From an uncultured Methanobrevibacter sp. (GTDB lineage Archaea; Methanobacteriota; Methanobacteria; Methanobacteriales; Methanobacteriaceae): a DNA stretch of 33,322 nucleotides. Below, in pieces: positions 17,809 through 27,552 of this stretch; the first letter of the stretch is position 1; each line of letters begins with the position of its first letter. Under the pieces are notes generated by a model. That model was given only the letters and a program-made list of their open reading frames with translations. It was not told the origin of the DNA and did not search any database. The stretch lies in the NCBI GenBank assembly GCA_902783085.1, contig CACZPT010000026.1, positions 1-33,322 of the forward strand, in the 5' to 3' direction. A program made the position numbers and the translations under genes.

Positions 17809-20364
17809 TTTTTTAAAGATTTCATCCCATTGATTTAAACGTGACTTTAAATTATAATTTTTTAAAATATCATCACGTGCATTATTAACCATACCATTCC
17901 TTAAAATTGGATCTTCGATAAGTAATGATACATTGTCTATCCATTCCTCTTCATTGCTAGCCAAATATCCATTAACGCCATCCTTAATAACTTCATTATA
18001 AACATTCATATTGCTTGCAACTACTGGAATTCCTAAGGCTGCAAATTCTATATATTTAAGCTCACTTTTGCATTTATTAAATTCTGTGTTGACTAATGGA
18101 ACAATACCAATATCCCAATCGGAATTTTTATCTAACCAATCATAAAATGTATTAAGAGACATTGGATAATACGGGATTTTTCTAACATCATACCAATCAA
18201 CACTCTCATCGATTGATGCACCAGCTATTTCAAATTTAACTGTAATTCCTTTTTTTTCAAAAATTTCTTTTAATTGTAAAATTACATTATGAATAAATTC
18301 AATATCGTTTTCATGAGTAAGAGTTCCAAAATAACCAATTTTTATAAAGTCATTTCCTCTAAATTTAAATGGCCTTATTGGAAGAGCACTACTAATATGG
18401 TAGTTTTTAATAATGTTCACATTAGAAATATTGATTTTATTAAATCTGTTTTTAAGTTCATGTGTGCTTACTACAATTTCATCAACATTATTTACAAGCT
18501 TTATGATATTGTCAAAATTGCCTAAAATATAATTATAAGATGGATTTGCAGGATTTATATCTAAAAAGTCATCATCACTTTCATAAATAACCTTAATATT
18601 ATGTTTTTTAGCTTTCTTTAAAATTAGAGTTGAATAAGGATTTACTCTTTGAATAACTATCACATCAAAGATTTTAGCATTAATCATATTATCAATATCT
18701 AAAAGCGGCATTATTTCCTGACCATAAATAAAGAAATGATAATCTCCAGTTTTTGCCAGATTAGAAAATGGAGTATGTATCCTTATAAATGGACATGCAT
18801 TCATATTATCATAATTATCTTCTAGAAATACACCAACCTTAATTGAATTTGTTTTAAACTCTTCACCAAGTGCAATATAATCAATTAAGATTTTAGCGTC
18901 AGTAATATAATTATTTTTAGCAAACTCACCCTTAATTCTTTTTTTAGCAAATTCATGAAGCTGAATGTGTAAATTTTCATCTAAATTTTTAGTGAAATTA
19001 GGATATTTTCTGTTAAAACTTAACTTTTTAGAAAACCCTTCATTAATATAGTGAATTAATGGATCTTCTCCCCCAACATCATTATTTTCAATATAATAAT
19101 ACAAATCAAAAATAGGGTCGATATATTTGATTTTTTCATCAATTGAATCTGTTTTTGATCCCTTTTCAATAAAATGAAGAATTCCATCAATGCAAGGATG
19201 TATTTGCTGGTATTTATCTTCATTAAATATTCCTAAGTTTTTAATTGCATTATATTGATTTAATTCTTTTGAAAAGTCCGTACCAGAACCTTTAATTGAA
19301 TTTAAAATTTTATTATGTTTAACTTTACGTGCAAAACTGCCTGCAACCCTTAAAGGTTTAGTTAATTTCAATGAATTTGAATTAATAAATTCATTATATT
19401 CATTTTGAAGAAACCCGATTCTTCCAGCAGTATCTATTCTATAACCAGCCATTCCTTTAACATCATTGACAAGTAAGTATAATTCTTCACGAGATAATTC
19501 GATAGTATCTCCAAGTTCCATATTTTCGACTTCGACACCTATTTTAGCTCTAAGGTTATCTGAAGTTATTGGAGTTGTAAGTACTACTTTGTGATGATAA
19601 TTTCCGCCTTCTTTTGCCCAATATTGATTATCCCAATAATAAATTTGACTAACTGATGGATGAAAATCATTTTTCCATGAAACATATGCGAAACTTAGTT
19701 GATCCTGATTTGTATACTTAATATTTTCATCCCACCAGTCTTCCATTAACTTAATGACTCTAGGACTGTTATGTTTTCTAAAAAGAGCTCCCATTACCCC
19801 TAATCCATAATGAGATGGAAAACCTTGGCTTTCATAGTAATTAACTTGTTCTTCCATTACTGCTCTTGGATATCTTGGAATAATTTTAGATGCATCAAAT
19901 TCATCATAAACACAATCTCTTTCTGTGTGAACAACAACCAGCATTTCTGATGATGCTTTAATGTTTTCATAAATATATTCACGAATACTTCCTTTAATTT
20001 TAAATGTTCCATCAAGCCAAAAACTGTATTTATAATCTTTTAAGTATTTATGGGGAAGTAATTTATATTGTTTAGCTTTCCTATTATTATCCAGAATAGA
20101 ATCTTCCATTGGGATGATTTTCCATAAATCTGATTTTAAATCAGGGTTATCAGTAAAGCAGATATAGTCGCAATTTTCATCAATTACATCAGGTTCTTTA
20201 AGTGTATCATAATCTCCAGTGAATGCTGTATAAATTACTAATTTATTGTTTTTAATATCCTCAATAGTTTCTGTTGCATCTTTTGTTGAGTGATTAAATA
20301 ACGGTCTGTTAATATGTTCTTTTGAAACTTCCTGATATTTTTCATAAATTTCATCATAACCCAT
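17800..20364 (-). CDS. Multidomain glycosyltransferase: DUF616 + linker/repeat module + GT4-like (start ATG 20364)
   Basis: N-terminal part aligns by eye with 13387-14418 and C-terminal part with 15126-16658. ATG lies 4 nt after the upstream TGA. Confidence 0.85.
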   Translation of the reverse strand: MGYDEIYEKYQEVSKEHINRPLFNHSTKDATETIEDIKNNKLVIYTAFTGDYDTLKEPDVIDENCDYICFTDNPDLKSDLWKIIPMEDSILDNNRKAKQYKLLPHKYLKDYKYSFWLDGTFKIKGSIREYIYENIKASSEMLVVVHTERDCVYDEFDASKIIPRYPRAVMEEQVNYYESQGFPSHYGLGVMGALFRKHNSPRVIKLMEDWWDENIKYTNQDQLSFAYVSWKNDFHPSVSQIYYWDNQYWAKEGGNYHHKVVLTTPITSDNLRAKIGVEVENMELGDTIELSREELYLLVNDVKGMAGYRIDTAGRIGFLQNEYNEFINSNSLKLTKPLRVAGSFARKVKHNKILNSIKGSGTDFSKELNQYNAIKNLGIFNEDKYQQIHPCIDGILHFIEKGSKTDSIDEKIKYIDPIFDLYYYIENNDVGGEDPLIHYINEGFSKKLSFNRKYPNFTKNLDENLHIQLHEFAKKRIKGEFAKNNYITDAKILIDYIALGEEFKTNSIKVGVFLEDNYDNMNACPFIRIHTPFSNLAKTGDYHFFIYGQEIMPLLDIDNMINAKIFDVIVIQRVNPYSTLILKKAKKHNIKVIYESDDDFLDINPANPSYNYILGNFDNIIKLVNNVDEIVVSTHELKNRFNKINISNVNIIKNYHISSALPIRPFKFRGNDFIKIGYFGTLTHENDIEFIHNVILQLKEIFEKKGITVKFEIAGASIDESVDWYDVRKIPYYPMSLNTFYDWLDKNSDWDIGIVPLVNTEFNKCKSELKYIEFAALGIPVVASNMNVYNEVIKDGVNGYLASNEEEWIDNVSLLIEDPILRNGMVNNARDDILKNYNLKSRLNQWDEIFKKLK

Positions 20365-20368
20365 ACTA

Positions 20369-21898
20369 TCACAAATACTTATCTTCAATTTGATTTAATA
20401 GCTTTTCTGCATCGATATCCTCTAAATTAAAATCATGTCTCTCATCACTATCTTGAGAAATTAAAACTTTAATTAAATTCAGTCTTGAAATTACTTTTTC
20501 AATATTATAATCTTTATCAGTTGATATTAATATATCACAATCTTCTCCAATATCTAAATTATTAAAATCTGTGATTATTTTAACATTATAATCCATTTCA
20601 TTAAAATCTTTAGCTAGTTTTAGAATTTCCAGTGGGTTTTTTGAAACTATTGTGATATCTAGCTTTTTATCTGTAAAAAATTTATTATTGTTAATCTTGT
20701 CATTAAGTAACTCTTTTAATAGAAAATCTCCCCATTTATCTAAAAAATACATTATATTTTCATAATTAAGTTGATTTTTCTTATCTTCATCTTCAACACG
20801 TGTAGCCGATTCATGATGGAATAATAATGCATGCGGATTGTAGATTGATTTATAATTTGAAGTGTATAATTTAAGTGCAAAATCAATATCTTCATATCCA
20901 TAGAAATAATTCTCATCAAGACCTCCGAATTCAAAATAAACATCTTTTTTAACAATTAAACAGGCCGCAGTATTTGAAATTACCTCCCGTTTTGTGTTGA
21001 TGTCTTCTGAAAAAATTAATGTGGAATACATATATTCATGATAAGGACCATATATATATGGTTTTCTCTCTTCTCTGAATTTTACGCCCGCATGCTGGAT
21101 AGAATAGGATTTTGCCTGATTTTTAATATCTTCATAGTATGGAAATAATAGTTTAGCTCCAACAGCAGCTATTTCATCATCTTCCAATATCGTTCCAACC
21201 AACTCATTTAACCAGCCATAAGTTGGTTCAATATCATTGTTTAATAAAAGCAAATACTTACCCTTAGCTATTTTTGCAGCATCATTATTTCCTTTTGAAA
21301 AACTAACATTAATATCGTTTTCAATTATTGTAATTGGTAAATCAAGTGATTTTAAATAATTTACAGATCCATCATTCGATGCATTGTCCACCACTATTAT
21401 TTCATAGTTTGAATAATTTGTTTTATCATTAAAGTCTTTAAATAACCTTTTTAAATGTTTTATTCCATTTCTATTTAAAATAATAATTGAAACTAAGGGT
21501 TCTTCTTCAAACTCATAATTATTTAAAAACAATTTGTTTGTATCAAGGATTTTTTCACGCCTTAAAGTAAAAGGATTAATGTCCATTGTAAATCCTGTGT
21601 TATTGCTGTCAATGTAGTGAATTAATGGATTTAAATTATTCTTTTCAACTTCAGGATATTCTTGTAAATATCTTTTAAGGTTAAATGAAGGTGAAGGAAA
21701 TTTATTTTCCTTATATCCATAAAATAAATAATGAACTAAAGGATCCATTCCAGATTTTTTAATATGAGGATAAGTTTTTAGATAATATCCTTTATCAAAT
21801 AAACCAGATTCCATTATCTTATCATAGCTTTCTTGATAAAGTTTTGCTTTTTTAACATTGAACTTTGATTTTATTAAAAAATCTTTAAAATTAACCAT
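20369..21898 (-). CDS. GT2 glycosyltransferase with N-terminal repeated module (paralog of 11797-13386); start likely ATG 21898
   Basis: Same GT2 motifs. ATG 21898 (MVNFKD) avoids overlap with the upstream gene. Confidence 0.87.
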   Translation of the reverse strand: MVNFKDFLIKSKFNVKKAKLYQESYDKIMESGLFDKGYYLKTYPHIKKSGMDPLVHYLFYGYKENKFPSPSFNLKRYLQEYPEVEKNNLNPLIHYIDSNNTGFTMDINPFTLRREKILDTNKLFLNNYEFEEEPLVSIIILNRNGIKHLKRLFKDFNDKTNYSNYEIIVVDNASNDGSVNYLKSLDLPITIIENDINVSFSKGNNDAAKIAKGKYLLLLNNDIEPTYGWLNELVGTILEDDEIAAVGAKLLFPYYEDIKNQAKSYSIQHAGVKFREERKPYIYGPYHEYMYSTLIFSEDINTKREVISNTAACLIVKKDVYFEFGGLDENYFYGYEDIDFALKLYTSNYKSIYNPHALLFHHESATRVEDEDKKNQLNYENIMYFLDKWGDFLLKELLNDKINNNKFFTDKKLDITIVSKNPLEILKLAKDFNEMDYNVKIITDFNNLDIGEDCDILISTDKDYNIEKVISRLNLIKVLISQDSDERHDFNLEDIDAEKLLNQIEDKYL

Positions 21899-21908
21899 AA
21901 TAACACAA

Positions 21909-23300
21909 CTATAAAAATTTAAATCTTTTCTTTTTTGGCTCAATTATATTATTTTCATTGATAAATAACTTAGCTATATCTTCTTTAGTTAATATTTTTA
22001 AATCAAAATCTATTATTAATTTATCTTCAATGACTGTTTTCAAGATGAAATTAGGATCTAATGTCTTGAAAGTATAAAATCCATCAATTTGCATACTGGA
22101 ATTACTTTCCAATACTTCCAAGTTATTAATTTTGCATGAAATAAACTCTCCTTCAAGAGGATCAAAACGTATGCTGGAAACACCATCAAATTTAGACAAA
22201 TCAAATGTTAAAACATTATTTAATTTAGGCCTATAATTAATAGCTATTTTATTTTGTTCACTAAAACCATCACCTAAATCAAGATATATTGCAGCTTGTG
22301 AATTTATTTTAGCTAGTCTATTGTAATATTTATATTTGGCTAAAAATAAATCTGCATCATAATTATTTAAATTCAGACATTCATCCGGATAAAATGTTGG
22401 ATAATCTGGGAAAAGCTTATTAAAATAATCTAAATCCTTTTTTGTGATTTCACCAACAGAATCTTTAAGTTTATTAACTATCATGAGTTCATCATCTGCA
22501 TTCCAATAATAGTAATAAAGCCAGAAAATAATATCATTTAAGAATTTAATCGTTAATAACTTAATTTGTGGGAAGTATTTGGAGTCTTTAAATTCGAATA
22601 ACTCTTTAATTGATTGTGAAAGTCCAAAAACATTATCTATACTAATATTTTCTGTTATTGATGAAGCATTTTTTCTATAATAGTAAGTAGCATCCTTGCT
22701 TAAAAAAATCTTATTTGCATTTAATAAAACGTTTGCAGTAACTACATTATCTTCATACAGCCCTTTTTTATAGTTTAAATATTTAAATAAGCTTTTATGG
22801 TATATTTTATTCCATGCTGAAGTCAAGAAAAATATTTCCGGAAACTCAGATAAATCATCAACAATTTTATTTTCATTAGCAGATTGATTATGAATGCTTA
22901 AAGGTTCAATATGGCCATCATCAGTATGAACTTCCCAATTATATATTAATAAATCACAGCCAGATTCTTTAAGCTTATCAATTGAATCTTTATAAGCATT
23001 AGATGATATAAAATCATCACTATCAAGAAAAGTTACATAATCTGAAGTTGCCTCTAAAAGTCCAATATTCCTACTTAAACCTAAACCCCGATTTTTCTCA
23101 TTATTAATTACTTTAAATGATGGATATTTATCAACATAAGTTTTTACAATCTCCATACTATTATCTGGCGTTTTATCATTAACTATTATTACTTCAATAT
23201 TGTCAATTCCAATACTTTGATTTACAACTGAATCCAGGCATTGGCCAATGTATTTTTCAACATTATAAACAGGAATAATAACACTTAATTCATAACTCAT
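21909..23300 (-). CDS. GT2 glycosyltransferase with C-terminal beta-rich domain (YLDLGDGFSE...IRFDP)
   Basis: LSVIIPVYNVE.YI..CLDS, RNIGL, FLDSDD, YED motifs; extra ~130-aa C-terminal domain. Confidence 0.87.
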   Translation of the reverse strand: MSYELSVIIPVYNVEKYIGQCLDSVVNQSIGIDNIEVIIVNDKTPDNSMEIVKTYVDKYPSFKVINNEKNRGLGLSRNIGLLEATSDYVTFLDSDDFISSNAYKDSIDKLKESGCDLLIYNWEVHTDDGHIEPLSIHNQSANENKIVDDLSEFPEIFFLTSAWNKIYHKSLFKYLNYKKGLYEDNVVTANVLLNANKIFLSKDATYYYRKNASSITENISIDNVFGLSQSIKELFEFKDSKYFPQIKLLTIKFLNDIIFWLYYYYWNADDELMIVNKLKDSVGEITKKDLDYFNKLFPDYPTFYPDECLNLNNYDADLFLAKYKYYNRLAKINSQAAIYLDLGDGFSEQNKIAINYRPKLNNVLTFDLSKFDGVSSIRFDPLEGEFISCKINNLEVLESNSSMQIDGFYTFKTLDPNFILKTVIEDKLIIDFDLKILTKEDIAKLFINENNIIEPKKKRFKFL

Positions 23301-24397
23301 AATCTCACTAATTTTTTAAATTTTGATTTTTTGGAATTTAACTCTTCTTTAAGTTGATTATTTTCTATTTGAAGTTGATTTGATAAGGTTTCGTAATGTT
23401 TAGCTAGAATCTTATATTGAAATTTCTCAAAGTTTAAATCAAAGATTTCTGTATTTTTTGAAATTGATATTGATTTATAAAAAGCTTCATCTTCATAATG
23501 CCAACCTTCAAAGCTTTTAACATCACCTAAATTAAAACAAACATAATTCCTTTTAATTAAATTAAAGTAGCTTTCTTTAAATTCCGTTTTAATTCGCAAA
23601 TAAACATATTTTAAATTAACAATTATAAACATTAAAAAGTCATCTTTAAGATTATCGTAGATATTTTTTGAAATTAAATTATCCTGAACATGATTTAAAA
23701 CTTTTAGGATATGATATGATTTTTCATCCCCTGTTGTTGAAATAGAATCTTCACGAATCCTATAGTTATAAATGATTTTTCTTAAAACAGAGCACTTTTC
23801 AGCATTGAAAAATACCGTGTAGAAGAAATATAAATCCTCATAAATAACACCTTCTGGAAATTCAATAGAATTATTTAAAAACTCTGTTTTGTATAATTTA
23901 TTAAATGGAGCATGAGATATTTTAAATAAAATGTCTAAAACATCCCCATAGTTAAACTCATCATCCAGATTTTCTGGAATCACATCCAGATTTGTAAATG
24001 GGCTTTGTGAAAAATTATCTAAATCCTCATTATAAAACCTAAATTTAAACATTGTAATATCAGATGAAGTTTTATCAACTTGTTTGGATAATTCTTCTAA
24101 AGCATTGACTTCAAGCCAGTCATCACTATCCACAAATAATGTATATTCGCCTGTAACTTCTTTAATACCAGTATTACGAGCACCACTCAATCCCCTATTT
24201 TCCTGAGTGATTACTTTAAATCTTGAATCTTTTTTTGCATAACTTTCTAAAATATCAAGAGATGAATCAGTAGAACCATCATTTACGCAAATTATCTCAA
24301 AATCATCAAATGTCTGATTAAGCAAACTATCTAAACATTTTTCAAGATAATTTTCCACATTATAAACAGGTAAAACTACTGAAATTTTAACACTCAA
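23297..24397 (-). CDS. GT2 family glycosyltransferase (TTG start)
   Basis: ISVVLPVYNVE, VNDGSTD, N.GLSGARN.G, FVDSDD, YED motifs; AAGGTG RBS; C-terminal coiled coil. Confidence 0.9.
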   Translation of the reverse strand: MSVKISVVLPVYNVENYLEKCLDSLLNQTFDDFEIICVNDGSTDSSLDILESYAKKDSRFKVITQENRGLSGARNTGIKEVTGEYTLFVDSDDWLEVNALEELSKQVDKTSSDITMFKFRFYNEDLDNFSQSPFTNLDVIPENLDDEFNYGDVLDILFKISHAPFNKLYKTEFLNNSIEFPEGVIYEDLYFFYTVFFNAEKCSVLRKIIYNYRIREDSISTTGDEKSYHILKVLNHVQDNLISKNIYDNLKDDFLMFIIVNLKYVYLRIKTEFKESYFNLIKRNYVCFNLGDVKSFEGWHYEDEAFYKSISISKNTEIFDLNFEKFQYKILAKHYETLSNQLQIENNQLKEELNSKKSKFKKLVRL

Positions 24398-24406
24398 AAT
24401 AACACC

Positions 24407-25414
24407 TTATTTGTTATTATACATTTTATCATAGTATTTTTGATAATCCCCACTTTTAACTTGATCCATCCAATCCTGGTTATCCAAATACCATTGAATT
24501 GTTTCTTTAATACCTGTTTCGAAAGTATATTTTGGTTTCCATCCCAAATCATTTCTAATTTTATCAGCATCAATTGCATAACGCCTATCATGACCTAATC
24601 TGTCTTTTACAAATTCAATTAATGATTCATCTTTACCCAATGTCTCCAAAATTAATTTGACAATTTGGATGTTTTGTTTTTCATTGTGCCCACCAATATT
24701 ATAGACTTCACCTAAAACTCCTTCATGTAAAACCAAATCAATTGCACTGCAATGGTCATAAACATGCAACCAGTCACGAATGTTTTTACCATCACCATAA
24801 ATTGGCAATTTTTTATCTTCAAGAACATTGGAAATCATTAATGGTATTAATTTTTCTGGAAATTGATAAGGTCCATAATTATTAGAACAACGGGTGATAT
24901 TTATAGGCAAATCAAAAGTTTCAAAGTAAGCTCTTGTAATTAAATCCCCTCCTGCTTTTGAAGCAGAATATGGGCTATTTGGTTGTAACGGAGTAGTTTC
25001 TCTAAAATATCCGCTTTCTCCAAGAGTACCATAAACTTCATCAGTTGAAATTTGAATGTATTTTTCAACACCAAACTCTTTGGCTGCATTTAAAAGAACC
25101 TGTGTTCCTAAAACATTTGATTTGATAAAGATTTCAGGGTCAGTTATACTTCTGTCAACATGACTTTCAGCTGCAAAATTAATAACATAATCTACTTTTG
25201 AGACTAAATCATCGACAACATTTTTATCTCTAATATCTCCCTTAACAAAAGTATAATTTTCATTATTTTCTATATCTTTTAAGTTTTCAAGATTTCCACA
25301 GTATGTTAAAGCATCCAAGTTAATAATTTCGTAATCTGAATATTTATCCAACATGTATTTTACAAAATTGCTTCCAATAAAACCTGCCCCGCCTGTAATT
25401 AAAATTTTAGTCAT
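24407..25414 (-). CDS. rmlB: dTDP-glucose 4,6-dehydratase
   Basis: TGGAGFIGSNF, FAAESHVDRSI, STDEVYG, PYSASK, CSNNYGPYQFPEKLIP, DR.GHD.RY motifs. Confidence 0.96.
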   Translation of the reverse strand: MTKILITGGAGFIGSNFVKYMLDKYSDYEIINLDALTYCGNLENLKDIENNENYTFVKGDIRDKNVVDDLVSKVDYVINFAAESHVDRSITDPEIFIKSNVLGTQVLLNAAKEFGVEKYIQISTDEVYGTLGESGYFRETTPLQPNSPYSASKAGGDLITRAYFETFDLPINITRCSNNYGPYQFPEKLIPLMISNVLEDKKLPIYGDGKNIRDWLHVYDHCSAIDLVLHEGVLGEVYNIGGHNEKQNIQIVKLILETLGKDESLIEFVKDRLGHDRRYAIDADKIRNDLGWKPKYTFETGIKETIQWYLDNQDWMDQVKSGDYQKYYDKMYNNK

Positions 25415-25422
25415 CTTAACAC

Positions 25423-25980
25423 CTAATACTTAATTTGTGATTGGGCTAATGTAGGCCATTTTTCATCCTTTTCAGAAAATATTAGCTCATCAATATCATC
25501 AATTGGCCATTCAATAGCTATATCAGGATCATTCCAGATAATTCCACCTTCATCTTCACCATGATAGAACTCTGTACATTTATATACAAATTCCGCTTCA
25601 TCAGAAAGCACAACAAAACCATGTGCAAAGCATGGTGGAATATATAATTGCTTTTTATTCTCTTCAGACAGTATTGCACCAAACCATTCACCATAAGTTG
25701 GAGAATCAGCCCTAAGGTCAACACCAACATCAAAAACTTCTCCCTTAATTACACGAACTAGCTTACCTTGAGGATATTTGAGTTGTAAATGAAGACCTCT
25801 AAGTACCCCTTTAGTTGATTTTGATTGATTATCCTGAACAAATGTTAAATCATAACCTGCTTTTTTAAAATCATTTTCATTATAAGTTTCCATGAAAAAT
25901 CCACGATTATCACCAAAAACAGCAGGTTCTACTAAAAACATTCCTTCAATGTCCGTTTTTGTAAATTTAAATTGACCCAT
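25423..25980 (-). CDS. rmlC: dTDP-4-dehydrorhamnose 3,5-epimerase
   Basis: FGDNRGFFMETY, FVQDN.S.S..GVLRGLH.Q, QGKLVRV, FAHGF motifs. Confidence 0.96.
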   Translation of the reverse strand: MGQFKFTKTDIEGMFLVEPAVFGDNRGFFMETYNENDFKKAGYDLTFVQDNQSKSTKGVLRGLHLQLKYPQGKLVRVIKGEVFDVGVDLRADSPTYGEWFGAILSEENKKQLYIPPCFAHGFVVLSDEAEFVYKCTEFYHGEDEGGIIWNDPDIAIEWPIDDIDELIFSEKDEKWPTLAQSQIKY

Positions 25981-25981
25981 T

Positions 25982-26851
25982 TTAATCCTCCTTAGCTAAA
26001 TTAAATAAATATTGTCCATAATCAGTTTTTTTAAGCTCTTCAGCAGTTTTTAAAAGTTCATCCTTGTTAATATAACCTTTATAATAAGCAATTTCTTCAA
26101 GACATGCAATATAAAGACCTTGTCTTTTTTGAACCGTTTCAATGAAATTAGCTGCCTCTAAAAGCCCCATGTGAGTTCCAGTATCTAACCAAGCCATTCC
26201 ACGACCTAAAAGCTCAACTTTAAGTTTTCCTCTTTTGAGATACTCCTCGTTGACTGATGTGATTTCAACTTCACCCCTTGATGAAGGTTTCACATTTTTA
26301 GCAATTTCTATTACATCATTGTCATAAAAATAAAGTCCAGGTACAATATAGTTTGATTTTGGTTTTTTTGGTTTTTCTTCAACTGATAAAACATTCCATT
26401 CATCGTCAAATTCAACAACACCAAAAGCTTCAGGGTTTTTTGTATAATAACCAAATATTATGGCACCTTCTTCAAGTAAAGTTGCTCTTTCAAGAATTTC
26501 ACTAAACCTATGACCATGGAAAATATTATCTCCAAGTATTAATGCAACATTATCATCACCAATAAAGTCTTCACCAATAATAAAAGCTTCTGCAAGACCA
26601 TTTGGATTTTCTTGAACAGCATATTCAAAATTAATACCTAAAGAAGCACCATCACCTAATAAATCTTTATACATTGGTAAATCCCTAGGAGTAGATATTA
26701 TCAAAATATCTTTAATTCCAGCAAGCATTAAAACAGAAATAGGATAATAAATCATAGGCTTATCATATAACGGTAATAATTGCTTAGAAACAGCTTTAGT
26801 AATAGGATAAAGACGAGTCCCAGACCCGCCAGCAAGAATAATACCTTTCAT
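25982..26851 (-). CDS. rmlA: Glucose-1-phosphate thymidylyltransferase
   Basis: [52 protein letters not shown] motifs. GGTGA RBS. Confidence 0.97.
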   Translation of the reverse strand: MKGIILAGGSGTRLYPITKAVSKQLLPLYDKPMIYYPISVLMLAGIKDILIISTPRDLPMYKDLLGDGASLGINFEYAVQENPNGLAEAFIIGEDFIGDDNVALILGDNIFHGHRFSEILERATLLEEGAIIFGYYTKNPEAFGVVEFDDEWNVLSVEEKPKKPKSNYIVPGLYFYDNDVIEIAKNVKPSSRGEVEITSVNEEYLKRGKLKVELLGRGMAWLDTGTHMGLLEAANFIETVQKRQGLYIACLEEIAYYKGYINKDELLKTAEELKKTDYGQYLFNLAKED

Positions 26852-27299
26852 TAAATCACCATATTTTTTTAATAATGTATAAATTTCTGTAATTTATAAT
26901 TAATTAAAATAACTATTATGAAAAAAATAAGAAAAGAAATCTAAAAACTAGCTATTCAATTTGAAATTACTAAAAACCCAACAATATGAATATCACACTA
27001 GAATTTATCCTTAAAAAGATTTATTGTCAATAAGCAGTATATACAGACATAACGATTCATCAGTTCTGAATAGATTACTGCACGATATTCATTATCTCAT
27101 GCAAACAATTTTTTAGTTATTCTAAGTGAGGTTCAATCTTAACCAAACTGCCACTACTCCCAGGAATTTAAATTAAGATTTTTAGAAAATATTCATTTGA
27201 ATATTTCTTGAATTTATATAGACTACAGGAATTTTTAATGTAAGTCATGCAGATTAATATCTTATGCATAATTACATTACAAAAATAACAAAAACTGCC

Positions 27300-27542
27300 T
27301 TACTTTAAAATTATTTTTAAAAAAGAATTTTCAATTGATGCATCAATAAAAGTATCTAAAAAATCACCAGATAATACCTTATGATTAAATATAATAACTT
27401 CACAATCAATACCAATTTCAGTCAAACAATCATATAATGCATCTAAATTCCCACCATAATAATCAGGAAAGTTAAATACATCTTTAATATAATCATGACC
27501 TCCATTATTAATTAATTCCGCATCAATTTTAATTATTCTCAA
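27300..27542 (-). CDS. Barstar-family ribonuclease inhibitor (likely TTG start at 27542 after GAGGTG RBS)
   Basis: FPDYYGGNLDALYDCLT matches the barstar core. Immediately downstream of a barnase-like gene. Confidence 0.88.
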   Translation of the reverse strand: MRIIKIDAELINNGGHDYIKDVFNFPDYYGGNLDALYDCLTEIGIDCEVIIFNHKVLSGDFLDTFIDASIENSFLKIILK

Positions 27543-27552
27543 TAATAACACC

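Noticed and set aside
6036-18525. Short antisense ORFs (6036, 9846, 10339, 11453, 15403, 17001, 18289)
   Set aside because: All lie wholly within well-supported genes on the opposite strand and show shadow-ORF composition.
20752-25733. Same-strand alternative-frame ORFs (20752-20955, 24394-24591, 25518-25733)
   Set aside because: Out-of-frame overlaps with intact GT2, rmlB and rmlC genes; no sign of frameshifting.
27020-27070. TGATGA on the minus strand as a possible C/D-box sRNA
   Set aside because: No properly spaced CTGA D box downstream.
27168-27269. 33-codon minus-strand ORF (MHKILICMTY...) in the structured intergenic region
   Set aside because: No RBS or recognisable motif; expected by chance in AT-rich DNA.
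27140-27299. Short repeats as a degenerate CRISPR array
   Set aside because: Repeats are only 8-9 bp, occur twice, are irregularly spaced, and no cas genes are present.
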